From NCBI GenBank assembly GCA_011109175.1, contig RDEW01000053.1, positions 62,001-126,000 on the forward strand: 64,000 nt of DNA. The letters run 5' to 3'. Each line of letters begins with the position of its first letter. Position 1 is the first letter of the stretch. Source of the stretch: Dicyema japonicum (taxonomy: Eukaryota > Animalia > Dicyemida). A model generated the notes under the pieces. That model was given only the letters and a program-made list of their open reading frames with translations. It was not told the origin of the DNA and made no database searches. A program made the position numbers and the translations under genes. Positions 38,417 to 50,905 of this stretch are shown piece after piece.

Positions 38417-38879
38417 ATGGCAAACTGGCTGCTCGTAACAAATATAATCACCACAGTAATATTGCTGAGTAAGTTTAATGTAAATTCCAGTCGAAATGCT
38501 ATCCTCATTTATTCCGTCGATGGTTCACGTGAGCAGGGCTCACTCGTTGGTGAAGACTGAAATCCAGAAGGTCGTTGCCCAGAGTGAATACGGCCATTAT
38601 ACCCAAATTAAGCTCAACAACTCGACGACTATCAATTTAATTAAGGAAGTTGAGTTATCCCCAACAAATTGGGTATTTTATCGATCTCCGATGACTGAGC
38701 AAACATTCTTCGTGGGGACTAATGAACACAAAATCGATTATCTGGGCTTTCCAAATTCCATTTTTATTGTTGGGAATGTATGCCCACGTGCAAAGTCAAG
38801 AATATTTATTTCCCATCAGAATAATTTGATTAACGGAGAATTGGGGTTTGGTGGGGAAGTGATCACGAATTTAAAATAA
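38417..38879 (+). CDS. Secreted 146-aa protein resembling an isolated M12B (ADAM/ADAMTS) propeptide
   Basis: A 22-nt intron (38469-38490) joins hydrophobic MANWLLVTNIITTVILLI to ORF 38496-38879. The C-terminal IVGNVCPRAKSRIFISHQNNLINGELGFGGE follows the propeptide spacing G-x-V-x5-S-x4-S...G-x-I/L-x4-E. The gene call is firmer than the family call. Confidence 0.65.
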
Positions 38880-39269
38880 TTTTTTAAATTTTCAAATAAA
38901 ATATTTTTGGTCGAATGTTCATTTTGCTAGTAAACTTCCAGATTTCCCAATTGGTCAATTAGGTTGTCTGTCGTATTAGGAATATTCTATTCGTCTTTTC
39001 TAACGACCATGGAGGATTTAAAGAACTTACCAATTATTGAATAAATTGTAAGTTCTGAGTTGTGAGACTTCCACTCTCGTAGAGACTTCCACTCTGAACC
39101 CTTAGTAGAGATTTACGGTTTAGTACATACAGAGGGGTTAGTAGACTCCAGTAAAGACTCGTAGTACAAACCGATTCATTTGTAAAGACTTTCCTTCTGA
39201 GTCCTTATAAGCAAGTAGTAGAGTTCCTCTCTGAGTACATTCTGAGAGTCCAACGAACTGTGTCGACCA

Positions 39270-39480
39270 GTGTATTGACGATAACAAAAAACCAAAGGAT
39301 CAGTGAGCTTATCGGACGGACTAGGTCGTCAGCCTGTGGGCCAAAGATTCCTGACGTCTCAACAGCAAATGGAAAACAAATGATCATTTGCTTCTGTACT
39401 TCCTTCTCTTCTGATCCTCGGCTTGCTTAGATGCATGACCTGGGTCCGTGGATAAAACTATTCTTCACAGTTGTATCCCC
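39270..39480 (-). mobile_element. Old CRE endonuclease remnant
   Basis: AEDQKRRKY...FPFAVETSGIFGP. Confidence 0.6.
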
Positions 39481-39899
39481 AAAATTTTTAGATACTATCC
39501 CAACATAAGTTACAGTTTGTCTGATAAATCCTTTACAGCTGTCATGCTCCTATCCTCACTGCTTTTCTGACTAAATCCATTCTGTTTAGCAAAATTCCTA
39601 TTTATATTGACGCTTCATGGTTATTTCCGAGCTCCACGAATGAACCACTTCAGTCGAAAATTATCGTCTTTTTAAAATTAACTAAAATCCCCCAATTTAT
39701 TAGTTTTTTTTTATTTTTCTTTTTTTCATATTTATTTCTCGTGCTAATTTATTGTGTAATGTCTCACTCTAGGCTCTGGTAGGCGACTCAGTCCGGTGAT
39801 GATATTGCAGTTTATCTGAGTGAAGAATAACGGTAGGTAGACAGCTCTCCTTAATGGGAGAAAGGGCTGCAAAAGGTATCAGTCTATAATTCGTCTTGT

Positions 39900-40780
39900 A
39901 TGTTGAGCATGCTATTTTCCCAAAAGCCATATTTCTCTATAAACAATAAATTTTGTTCTTTGTCGCCCTCGATACGTTGTTTTGTTTAATACAGAAAAAT
40001 ATGATTACATGGCCTGATTGGCCGGTGTCATTTCAGAAGCTCTTAGGATATGTCGAAAGAGCTGCCATTTCGCAGAAGTAACTGTATTCCTAATCTTTTT
40101 GTTTGAGTAATTCTATATAGCTCGTTGTTGGTTATCCGGTTGGCCAGTAGACTCCTATAAGAAGTCCCTTTGTTTTCTGTGGAAAGAGTTGAGATTTTCC
40201 AGTTCTTTGGTGGTTAGGACCCAGGTCCCCGCGCTATAAAGTAAAATTGGTTCGATAAAGGAGTTGTACAACCGAACTCGAAGGCGAGTGCCTATGTAAC
40301 TTTCGCCTATGCCACATCCAGATCGCCTACATTTTTTGAAACAAGCAACCGGCAGAACTTTCCTGTGAATAACTTCCTTTAAGTCTCCAAGGCGAGATCC
40401 AACTTTCTTGCATGTTCTCCACTTTTCTTTGTTTCTCGTCGTGCAACGGGATATGCTAGTTCTTTCCGTTTTGTCTGGGTTTACTACCACGGACCAGTCC
40501 TCCAAGCCTTGAGGGATCACTTTTAGTATAGTTTCCAGCGTATCCCTATCCCGGCAGACGAAATCAATATCATCGGCATAGATTGCTTCCATCACGTTAT
40601 AGAAATAATTCTTTTCCCGGAGAGGTCTTAGAGCTGCCTCCAGGTATATTATGAATAGGACCGGGGATAACGAGTCTCCCTGTTGTGCGCCGGTGTCGGT
40701 TATAAATCTTGTTGAGTTGTAATTTTCCACGCGCACTGATAGCGATGTGTTGGAGAGTAAAAATAAGATTATACAGTGTT
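39900..40780 (-). mobile_element. RTE-type LINE RT remnant
   Basis: GAQQGDSLSPVLF, YADD, VNPDKTE, RLYNSFIEPILLY, LNSFHRKQ. Confidence 0.8.
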
Positions 40781-42679
40781 GGAGAGTGATGCAGCCTCGT
40801 CTAGAATGCTCTCCAGTATGTGCATTAGCTTTTTTCTTTGGAATTAAAAAAATATAATTTTTTGATTTTATTGACCCTCCTCCAATAAACCAATTAGAAT
40901 CTTCTCTTCCGAGGGACATTCGGGTAACGCAAGAGATGGAAGTTTTTGTCTAAGAGAAGTAAACCCAGATTTATTCCCAATATTTGTCCAACTAAAATGG
41001 GAAGTACTTACTCCAGTATGGAAAACCAAAGTGTTTCCACCGTTATACTGCCAGAAAGCAGCTGTATCTATCGAGTATTTGTGAAGGTAAACCCTAAGTA
41101 TTAATGTCCTTATAAAGAAACGGTCAGAGCCAATTTTAGATTTAAAAAAACAGCTATGATAACTAATCGTAGAGGGAAAACCAAGGAATGCTCTTCACTT
41201 CTTTTTCTTTTTGTTGGTTTGAGTCTTTTACGACTTAGTTCCGCACTGAAATGTTCACTGATTAGGTCGTCACTGGTCAAGCCAAAGCATGCCGTCACTG
41301 GTCAAGCCAAAATTATACCGGGTTCCACCAACCAAAGGAAATCTTCTATAGTGAATTCTGTGAATGATGCAATGCATTGGTTCCCATTATAAATAGTCAA
41401 GTTTTCTTTCAAACCTCTGGCATCAAATTCTAACGTAGACTCGCAAATTACCCGGAGTGAAAATTAATGAGGCGTTTACAAACGTCCCAGACGTATATGG
41501 TTGACTCGATTACCGATGGATACAGACATTTGTTGTTTTTTGTCATCTACGTTTATATTCCTTACTATTTTAGTACAGTAAAGTCCCTTAAATTGGCCCA
41601 AAATTGTTCCGGAACTATTTTGGGCCGTCTAGACTCGCAGTCTACTCATTAATTTCTTTGTTAAAGAGGGGAAGTATCCCACAGAGACTACAATCATACA
41701 TACAAGCAGGCGACATTTTTTGATACTAAAAATAAAAAAGTGTGTGTGCATATTTTTGTTTTGGAAAAATATGTGAAACAGAAATAAACAATCAATCTGA
41801 AGGTCATGAGGTAGCCGCTCTGACTGCGTGGTTACTCCCTCTCAGGTGATATTCGCCAAAATAACAACTCACGGAGATCTCCGGTGCATTTAGTTATCCG
41901 ATTCCCTATACGACCCAGGAATTCGAGCTCGAAGGCGAAGGGGAACATGCGAGTGAACGAGCAAAACATCCTCGGTACTATATCTAGTACCCTTCCACTG
42001 AAGACTTGGACTATAATAATTTTGAAAATGTGGATCATCAGTTCATAGCGGGCAAAACACCATGACTCTGTAATTGAAACTTCGCAGCACTCAAGATCCC
42101 CTCCAAATCTGCTACCGCTATCTGTGTTTGGTATACTCCTCTAATCGTGGTGAATGTTGTCATCTTTTTGAGCATGTCAAGGCCCATTTGAAAAGGCTTC
42201 CAAGAGTGGTTAGCCATATTTGGCTACCTCCGCGTAAATCAGGAGTGCTCTGATGTCTTGACATAGGGAAATTTGCCATCATAATGTTGATTAGCAGAGG
42301 GATAAAGATCAGTCTCTGTGAGATTCCTCTCTTCAGTTCGAGCCCGTCAGATAAAGCGTGTCCAGTTTGACGTACCATTTGATTAGAAAGTCAACTCCCA
42401 TGAGGACTATGTTCAGGATCCCTTAAAAATTAGTTTCCATTTCTGGGTTTTCTTACCCGGTTTTCTACTATCCCGTATTCCCAGAGGGTGGGAACATGTC
42501 CGAACCTCATCCCTGTGTTAAACAAGTCCCAGAGGAATTCCAATAAAATATGTGAATTAGGAAGTGGAGGATATTGTAAGAAAACACACTGTTTGTATGT
42601 CCAAGATATTGACTTAATCTTGTGTTATATCTGAATTAGCATAGTGGGTGGATTCCATGTTCTTCACGTGCTACCGAGG

Positions 42680-42930
42680 TAAATATTAGTTGTGACCATC
42701 ACTCTGATCGAAGTTGGGATCACCTGCAACAGGCATTAAAGGAGGTCAAGTAAAGAACCTACACAAGAATGATCTGGGGTGAGTCTAAATATAGAACCCC
42801 TGGTATTGTAAGTCCTGTAAATATCACCAAAACTTACGCAAAGTAGATGACACTATACGAGGATATAATTAGACCATCGTGATCGGGGAGACTCTTGAGA
42901 GTATGCGAGTAGAACACAAATATGCTTTGG
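42680..42930 (+). mobile_element. Dong/R4-like endonuclease remnant
   Basis: ITLIEVGIT ... TLESMRVEHKY, homologous to 63030-63305. Confidence 0.6.
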
Positions 42931-43346
42931 TCACACTAGACGACTCAAAGGAAGGTAATATCGATATTGAAACCACCGACAAAAGACACGCGGATGTGAA
43001 CGAAAGATTTTAAAAAAACACAGTCAGCCTCCAAAAAGGATATATATCTTCCCTATTCCACTGGGGGTTCCCACGGATATGGATGGACGTGACCCTTACC
43101 TAGTTTCGCTATGACAGTGGGAACTGGATAAATCTTAACAATTAATCAACAAATTCTTTCTGCTATATCAGGCGTCATTAAATGAGTAACGCAGTTTCTG
43201 ACTAATGATCTTAATATTTGCTAGATAAGATTCAAAGCCGGGTTCTACGTACATCATAAACTCCTCGTTAGAACGTCACCACATGTTCACTAGAAGAAAA
43301 GAAAACGTGGATTTTCGACCATAATGGAGTTAACATATCGTGCGAT

Positions 43347-43669
43347 TGACCGGGTGGCATAGTGGTTAGGTGTCGGGCTAAGGTGGTTTAGGTTACGGAT
43401 TCGATTCTCGCTGCTGTTCACCTGGTGGAAGGTTCCACGCATCTACGATGCTAAAATGGTTTGACGAGTGACGCCGTCATCAGTGGATACTCACTGCGGA
43501 ACTGGATTGTCTAGAAAGGACCCACACACAAGAAAAAGAAAAAAAAGAAGTGAAGATCATTCCTTGGTTCTACGATAGTTAAAATTAACTGTTCTTTACT
43601 TAAATAAAGTGCGTGTCCTGCCTATGCGGAGCTATAAATATTATGGCTCTCGTGAAAAGGCTTATTATT
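43347..43669 (+). mobile_element. Full-length tRNA-derived SINE (~320 bp)
   Basis: A box tggcatagtgg, B box gattcgattc, internal A-rich linker, (tta)n tail, 12-bp TSD atatcgtgcgat at 43335-43346 and 43670-43681. Confidence 0.9.
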
Positions 43670-44281
43670 ATATCGTGCGATAGGTAAAAGTATCAATTCA
43701 CCTTTTTGTCATATAAACACTTGATTTATAGGGTTTATCGACCGAAATAATACACATGTCAATCAAAATGAGATATAAATCGCTCGAATGACATGAAAAT
43801 GATGGTGTTTGACTGATCTCAAACATGTGAAACGAGTTGAGTTTACAGGAAGTTTGAATAAAGAATTTAATTGAATTATTTTCAGAAATTACAATATCAT
43901 GATAATTTAATTTTTAAATTATCGCCCACAAAAAAGAAAAACTGTTCTTTTATTTAAAGCGAGAAAATCCACTAAATGTAATTTAAAAGGAGCGGCAAAA
44001 ATAATTGTAAATTTAGAACATTCCAGAATCATTTTCCCTTAATGCCCGATTCTTAGTTAACTTGCGCAGTAACTGATGTAGTCCCGATGTACCATGACAA
44101 AGCTCTATTACATGCCTCGCCATCCCGAGTTGAGTAAATATCTCTCCCCTTCTTGTACGCATAGATGAAACAACGCTCCTAATAGCTATGAACACCAACT
44201 TTCGGAATTACCTTTCGGCATTACTCCGAGATTGAATCCCGTAATTACTCGAGAAATGGGAACGACATAATATCAAATTGA

Positions 44282-45018
44282 CTACAAAGGGTAAATCCCA
44301 CTAAGCACATTGACTGAAAACAGTAATTCATACAAACTCAACACAACTAAATTACGGCATCAATCCCATCAAATAGTTCTCATATTGATTGGAATAGCAC
44401 TCACTAATACTATGGTTTGCCTCCATTGATGCTCCCGAGCCGAAACCAACCTGCGTACCTTCAGAGATAGCAAACGACTTGTCTAGGCTTAAATGGCTAC
44501 AAAGAGTACTTCGCTAGACGATAACCGGACAGAAACAGCTTCACGACTGAGGCGTGCTTACGATTGCATGCCTTAATCTTATTGACGAGTCCTCTCTTAG
44601 GCCTGTAGGCTGAAATATGATATTTTTGTGACATATTTTGTCCAGTTTCTCCAGGGCAGGCTTGAAGATATCTTCCAAGCGAGAATTACTGGACTCGTTG
44701 AAGTTGGATGAGACATACAGGTCATCCAGCAGCTGAATTTTGAAGTAAGGGTCTAAATAAGAGTTATTAATACTGGAATAATTGCCGAGAATTTCTATGA
44801 TTGATTTAAGGTAAATTATATGGTCCACTATTAAAGAAATAGATCCATTCTAAGAATAATGTGATATGGGTACATTATTGATGCATAGTTGAGACTGAAG
44901 TTTGACGTCTTTTATGCAAAATTGTGTACCAATAGTCTTAAAGAGTATGAAGAAATAAGACATGTCCATAACACTCTCATTGGCTAAGTCTAATATTAAT
45001 AATATCAAAACTGTCCAT
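44282..45018 (-). CDS. Unknown protein of ~180-195 aa with 6-7 tiny introns
   Basis: Removing successive 21-24-nt GT-AG segments keeps one open frame: MDNLANESVMDMSYFFILFKTIDVKLQ...PYFKIQLLDDLY...KHASVVKLFLSGYRLANLDKSF...YENYLMGLMP. The last exon (after a 19-nt intron) is uncertain. Confidence 0.65.
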
Positions 45019-46029
45019 CTCGATTGGTAAAAAATTGGCGCTTTAGTTTTAAAATTTTATTTTTATTTGTTCGTTTTAAAAAATGAAGTTAATTTTAATA
45101 TGAATTATTTAATAGAAATTTAACAGAAATTCAAATTTTTGAGTGTATTTAATTTAAATTATATAATTAATTAATATTTATTAATTACAACCAAAGGGAA
45201 CTCACTTCTCATCTAGTCGAGGATCAGAAAAGAAAGAAGTACCGAAGCATTACTGAGGATCACTGGTTTGCCCCAATTGGCAGTTGAGAAGTTAGGAATC
45301 CTTGATTCACAAGCTGGTGTCTTGTCTGTCTAATCGGTTCAATGATCCACCAAGGATCCACGTGAGACTGGATAGCTGCGAGAGCGTATCTAGATATCCA
45401 TCATCAGAGGAAACAACATCAAGTGCTTTTGATAAATCCACAAAGTAGCACATTAATATTTGTTTAAAAACCACTTGGGATAAAAAATCATTTAATTTAC
45501 CAAGTAAATCAAATTTTAGAGATTTAAGTAGTGATAATTTTAGTTGAAGAGACATATTTACATGATTTTGAAGCAAGATTAAACAGGGGTGCAATTTTAT
45601 AAAAGTATTTATAGAAAGTCAAGGAAAGCGTTTCAACTGGGAGGGGAACAAGCAAAACAACCTCGGTACCATATCTCTGGACCCTTCAGGTTATAACCAT
45701 TAATTAACCACTAACCCAAATTTTGAGTTTTTTTGAAGTTTTTTGGAAACACAGCTAGACCGGCTGGAACTAGCGTAGTTCAGAGTAGTTCCACTGAACT
45801 GTTAGAATAAGGGTATTTTCTTCGAGTTTAAATTTGACTCCAGAAAAAGCATGGAGAGCGTTACGTTTTCGTCTGGCCTAGGGGATGACCGGTCCACGTG
45901 GAAAGAAGGGGAATAATCATAAATGATCCCAAGTATTTTCCAGTTTTTGTCACACGGAGAACTTTTCATAATATCTTTACTTCTGGTTGAACATTAAAAA
46001 AAGCGACGATGATTTTGACCGCGCCTGGA

Positions 46030-47210
46030 TGTCTAAAATATTTTCTGACCTCCGCCTTGACCACGTGGCTATTCCCTCTCAGGATGGCGAGCAAGATTCG
46101 CTCAAATAACCAGCAACGCTCACGGAGATCTCCTGATCGTGTAAAAATCCGATTCCCGAGACCAGGAGTCGGCAATTTTCTAAGCCAAAAAGCCAATTTT
46201 TGGGTTTTTTACAATTAAAAAATTGAAGAGCCGCTTAATAAAATAACTAATAAATGAGATAATTGACCCTGCATTGCAGAAGATATTTTAGCCCATCAAC
46301 TTGTTGCATCGTCACATTGCGAAAATAAGCTCATGGACTTATTTTTCGGAAAACCCCGGTAGTAGTCCTGGCAGACTGCTTCCAATAATTAAATGTTGAA
46401 CTTTCGATTTTAATATTTTTTGAGTTTTTCCACTGCTAGTTTTCGTGCACCGCCAATTGGATATTTTCTTGAAAATAACTATGCTTTGAATTAAAATGTC
46501 TCTCCAGATTTTACTTTTTGTTGAATGATTCGTGGCAAAGGAGACATTTCTGATGGTGATCTGAGCTTGATTTGGAGATGTAGGTAATCATTTGCGATAG
46601 AAAGAGCAACATGATACACAAAGAACCACAGTTGCAACCTCTGCCCTATACGACTCCAGAATTTCAGCGTCGCAAGCGCAAGGAAACCACAAGTCTCAAA
46701 TGTAACAAACAAAAATCTTTGGGTAGGACTGCATACTTTGCTCATTTCAACCTTTCGACCTTCTCAGCAGCAGAACAGGCTCCAGAAACACACGAGTAGG
46801 TTGCAAGGGGCAAACGTGTCAGTGCAGGTGATGTCCCAGACAAGAGGTTTCCCAGCTTCAAAGGAGAACATGGTCATCACATCTGGTCGTTTCCCGTAAC
46901 GCCTGCAACAACCGACTTGTTCGAGTATATAAAAGTGTCGGGATAACGTCCAAAGCTCTCCTAAAGCCTTCTTTCAAGGACATGTGCTTAAGCTGCGCTA
47001 TCCTGTGGGAGAGAGTTTGTTGGCCAAAACAGTAGATCTGGTCTCCGAAGCGACACGGATGAAGCACACAGACTTTTAATCCGAGTCGTAATGAGATCTC
47101 AATACAGACTCATTCATCATCCAGAAAGGTACCAAAAAACTCCATTAGGAATGACGTTGAGCCAGGCACCGTCCCGAAGACGCCCCCGACAACAAACAGA
47201 CACGATATTG
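46030..47210 (-). mobile_element. Older CRE-clade 3' remnants
   Basis: GTFLDDE..ISLRLGLKVCVLHPCRFG; FVTFETCG; WLFERILLAILRGNSH. Confidence 0.7.
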
Positions 47211-47245
47211 GTTAGATGATACTAGCAGATCTTAAAAAGACTACT

Positions 47246-47572
47246 AGCTGAAGAACATGGTAGGTAGGGGGAACTGATGAGTATAGCTCCAGACTAGTAG
47301 CATTCAGCATCGTCCAGACCCAGCTGAAGAACTGGTAGGTAGGGGGAACTGATGGGTATAGCTCCAGACTAGTAGCATTCAGCATCGTCCAGACCCAGCT
47401 GAAGAGCTGGTAGGTAAGGGGAACTGATGGGTATAGCTCCAGACTAGTAGCATTCAGCATCGTCCACCCAGCTGAAGAGCTGGTAGGTAAGGGGAACTGA
47501 TGGGTATAGCTCCAGACTAGTAGCATTCAGCATCGTCCAGACCCAGCTGAAGAACATGGTAGGTAGGGGAAC
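47246..47572. repeat. Tandem minisatellite, ~75-bp unit x 4.4
   Basis: Units start at 47246, 47322, 47397, 47470 and 47545 (agctgaaga...gtatagctccagactagtagcattcagcatcgtcca). Confidence 0.95.
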
Positions 47573-47924
47573 CTCACGAGTATTACCGGAGTCCTGTTCG
47601 GTAGAGAATTCCTCTTGACATTGGTATTACAGGCTATTAGCGACGGGATATATTCTGTGACGAACTAAAATAACTATAGTCAATCTCACACGAACTACAA
47701 ATATGTTAAAACACAGATAAATCTCATGTCAACTAGCGTGTATCCCATTTTGTTCGATTAGCGTATGTCTTATTTGATTCAATGTATATCCCATTACGAT
47801 CGAAGTTTTCCCCATCAGGTCTTTGTAAGTATAATTTTATTATTAAATATCCAATTTCTATCAAATGATCTTACTATATAAAATCATTTCTATCAAATGA
47901 TCTTACTATAATTTTTTTACAAAT

Positions 47925-50858
47925 CGTGTGTGTGGTGTGTGGTGTAATTGAGAAAAGAAGAAGTAACCAGAAGCGATATGCACAAGATCGACAAAAGAGA
48001 AGAGCTTTGTGAATTTTGCAATAAAATTAACAAAAGAAAGCGGCTGATATGTTGTGTCGTTTGTTCGTCGTTTTTTCACATGTCATGTGTTGGAATGACC
48101 AAAAAAGCCCTTACCACCATTACCAACTGGTGTTGCCAGGCATGCCTCCTTCCTGGGACGAAAGCACCATCGACTCCACCTAATTCACCTGAACGAATAC
48201 CAATAGATTACCAGAAAACCCTTGAATCAATTGCAAACCTGGCATCTACACGAAGGATCATGATCAAAATTCCAAAAGCAGCCCGTGTTCCTGCCGCCGA
48301 CTGTTTACACGATTGTATTGAAAGGGCAATTTCTTCGACTGACCCAGTTGATTGGACACGATTATTCTACTTTGCACCATACACGCTATGTATGCCCTGT
48401 CAGAAGAGGAAAGATCAGGAATCGCTCACGTCTATTGTAAAGGAAAATATTTGCTTGTTTTCTTCTGGAAATTTGTTCAGTGACTCCCGAGAATATACCT
48501 TCAAGCCCTCAAACCACGAGAACCATGCCTCAGAAACACAAAGATTGAGAAGAGCGATACATCGCAAACTATCTGAAGGTGGAGTCCGGGCCGCCGTGAG
48601 GACTCTAGAAGAGCATAACCGTCTAATTGAGCCAACTGAACACTCCTACGATGCACTGGTTGAACGACATCCTGGTCCGCCAGTGGACGAGCAGATCCCT
48701 ACTTGCTCTGGAGAATTACCTAGTCTGATTATTTCTGAGGGGGACGTGAAAGATGCGATCCTCTCATTCGCCCGAGCAGCAGTGGCGGACTCGACGGACT
48801 CCGTCCAGGACACCTAAAAGACTTAATTGATCAGAATACGGGGAACTCTGGTGTTCGGCTATTATCGGCTATAACGAGGTTAATCAACAGAATGCTTTCC
48901 GGAAGATTACCAGAAGCAATCCGTCATATTATGTTTTCCGCCAAGTTAATTGCCTTTGATAAATGTGGAGGAGGAATTCGTCCTATTGCTGTTGGGTTTG
49001 TTTTTCGTCGACTGGCTTCTAAACTTGCTAGCAGAGCAATCCTTCCGATGCTTGTCAAACAACTGCGACCAACCCAAGTAGGGGTCGGTACTCCTGGTGG
49101 ATGTGAGGCGGCGGTTCATGCCGTTCGGATGTTTACTGGAAACAGAACGAACATGCCTTGTGTGGTCCTCAAGATTGACATAAAAAACGCCTTTAATACC
49201 ATACGGCGCGATGTAATTTTGGAAGATTGTCTTACCCATTACCCGTCTATATATAATTATGTTCATTGTTCGTATGGAAAACCGTCCAGTCTTGTACATG
49301 GGAAATACTTCATTCCCTCGTCGTGTGGGGTTCAACAAGGAGACCCACTAGGACCGGCATTGTTCTGCCTCGGTGTCGACCGTGTCATGAGATGCCTTAC
49401 TACTCCGCTGAACGTGTGGTATTTGGATGATTGCACCCTGGGAGGTCATCCTAACAATGTATATGACTGTCTACAGAGATTACAAATTGGATACGCTTGG
49501 TTTAAAGCTAAACGCAGCCAAATGCGAAATTGTTAATTATGGATTCTCCCGATATGAATGGAATCGGATCCTATTAATGTTTCGGGGGATTATTCCTAAA
49601 ATATCGGAAATCAGCCGGATCATTTGGAAATACTTGGATGCCCTCTGGCTGAAACTGGAATTAACGACACTCTGTTGGCTAAAGAACAGCAACTAAGAAA
49701 AACTTTTTTACGCCTTGGGATGCTGGATGCACATACCTCTCTTTTTCTCATGAAAAACGCTTTATCCACGCAGAAATTAAATTACGTCCTTCGAGGGCTC
49801 CATGTTACCTGAAAATGCAACAACTCGGGGCGATTGACTCCCTATTCCGGTCTACGACCGAACGTATTACTAATGTCGAATTCGACGAACAAGGATGGGA
49901 ACAAGCAACCTTGCCCGTTCGCTTTGGTGGACTCGGAATTCTCTCACCATCTGATTTGGCACACCCGGCATATCAATCCTCATTGGACTCCAATCAGAAT
50001 TTGATCATGATGATTCTCCAGCTCCCATCAGAGTCGTCAAAGATCGAAGATTTGGTACACCCTAAAGTCAAACAACTCGGGCAGAGAGACCTTTATGAGT
50101 CTGTTTGCGAGGATAAATACGAGAGGCTTTTGAAAATATCTAACCAACACCGACGAGCCTGTCTTTTAACTGCAAGATGCGAGTGGAGCGGGGCTTGGAT
50201 CAATGCCCTACCATTGGAAACGTGGGAACTCACCTAGACGATGAAACGGTCCGCACCGGAGTCTCCATCAGACTTGGATTGAAAGTTTGTCAACCCCATG
50301 AGTGCCGATGCGGCCGGAAGGTCGACTGCTATGGACATCATGCCCTTTCTTGTCGAAAAAGCGCAGGTCGATTCGCTAGACACAAGGCTATAAATGAAGT
50401 GGTGAAGCGCGCCCTCGAGTTGGCGGGATACCCATCCATTCTAGAGCCAACGGGCTTGAGTAGGGATGATGGGAAGCGACCCGATGGAATTACTGTCTTC
50501 CCCTTCTCTCGGGGCAAATGCTTAATTTGGGATGCTGCCTGTACTGACAGCTTTTCCCAGTCGAAACTTTTGAGGTCGGCAATGAAAGCGGGAGAGGCGC
50601 CCGTTTATATGAAAACTCAAATAAAGAAATACAGCAGCCTAAACCGTTTTCATATACAGCCAGTGGTCGTCGAGACGAGCGGAGTCTTTGGCCCCAAGAC
50701 GGTCTCTTTCCTTAGAGCACTTGGGTGTCTATTGACCAAAGCCTCGAGGGAGCGTCGGGAAACCGAGTGGCTTTTCCAAAGGATATCCCTGGCAGTAGTC
50801 AGAGGTAACAGCCACTCGATCATATCCGCTGGACTTTAGAACGATTTTATTGTTATAA
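47925..50858 (+). mobile_element. CRE-clade non-LTR retrotransposon, copy B (no poly(A) or TSD visible)
   Basis: Near-identical to copy A over ~2.9 kb; intact GVQQGDPLGP, WYLDD, RPDG; differences are mostly small indels. Confidence 0.95.
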
Positions 50859-50905
50859 CTAATATAAATAAAAAGCAAAATCACAAATATAAACAAATAT
50901 ATAAA

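Noticed and set aside
43350-43420. tRNA gene
   Set aside because: A/B boxes are present but there is no complete cloverleaf; it is the head of a SINE with tail and TSD.
43420-43510. HDV-like ribozyme in the SINE (ggt-tccacgc-atc resembles P3/L3; cgga after a hairpin resembles J4/2)
   Set aside because: No P1 or P2 complementarity; gtgga-aggt-tccac forms a simple hairpin instead.
47246-47572. CRISPR array or hammerhead array (ctgatgag at ~47274)
   Set aside because: Units are contiguous with no unique spacers, there are no cas genes and the context is eukaryotic; no stem II/GAAA follows the CTGATGA.
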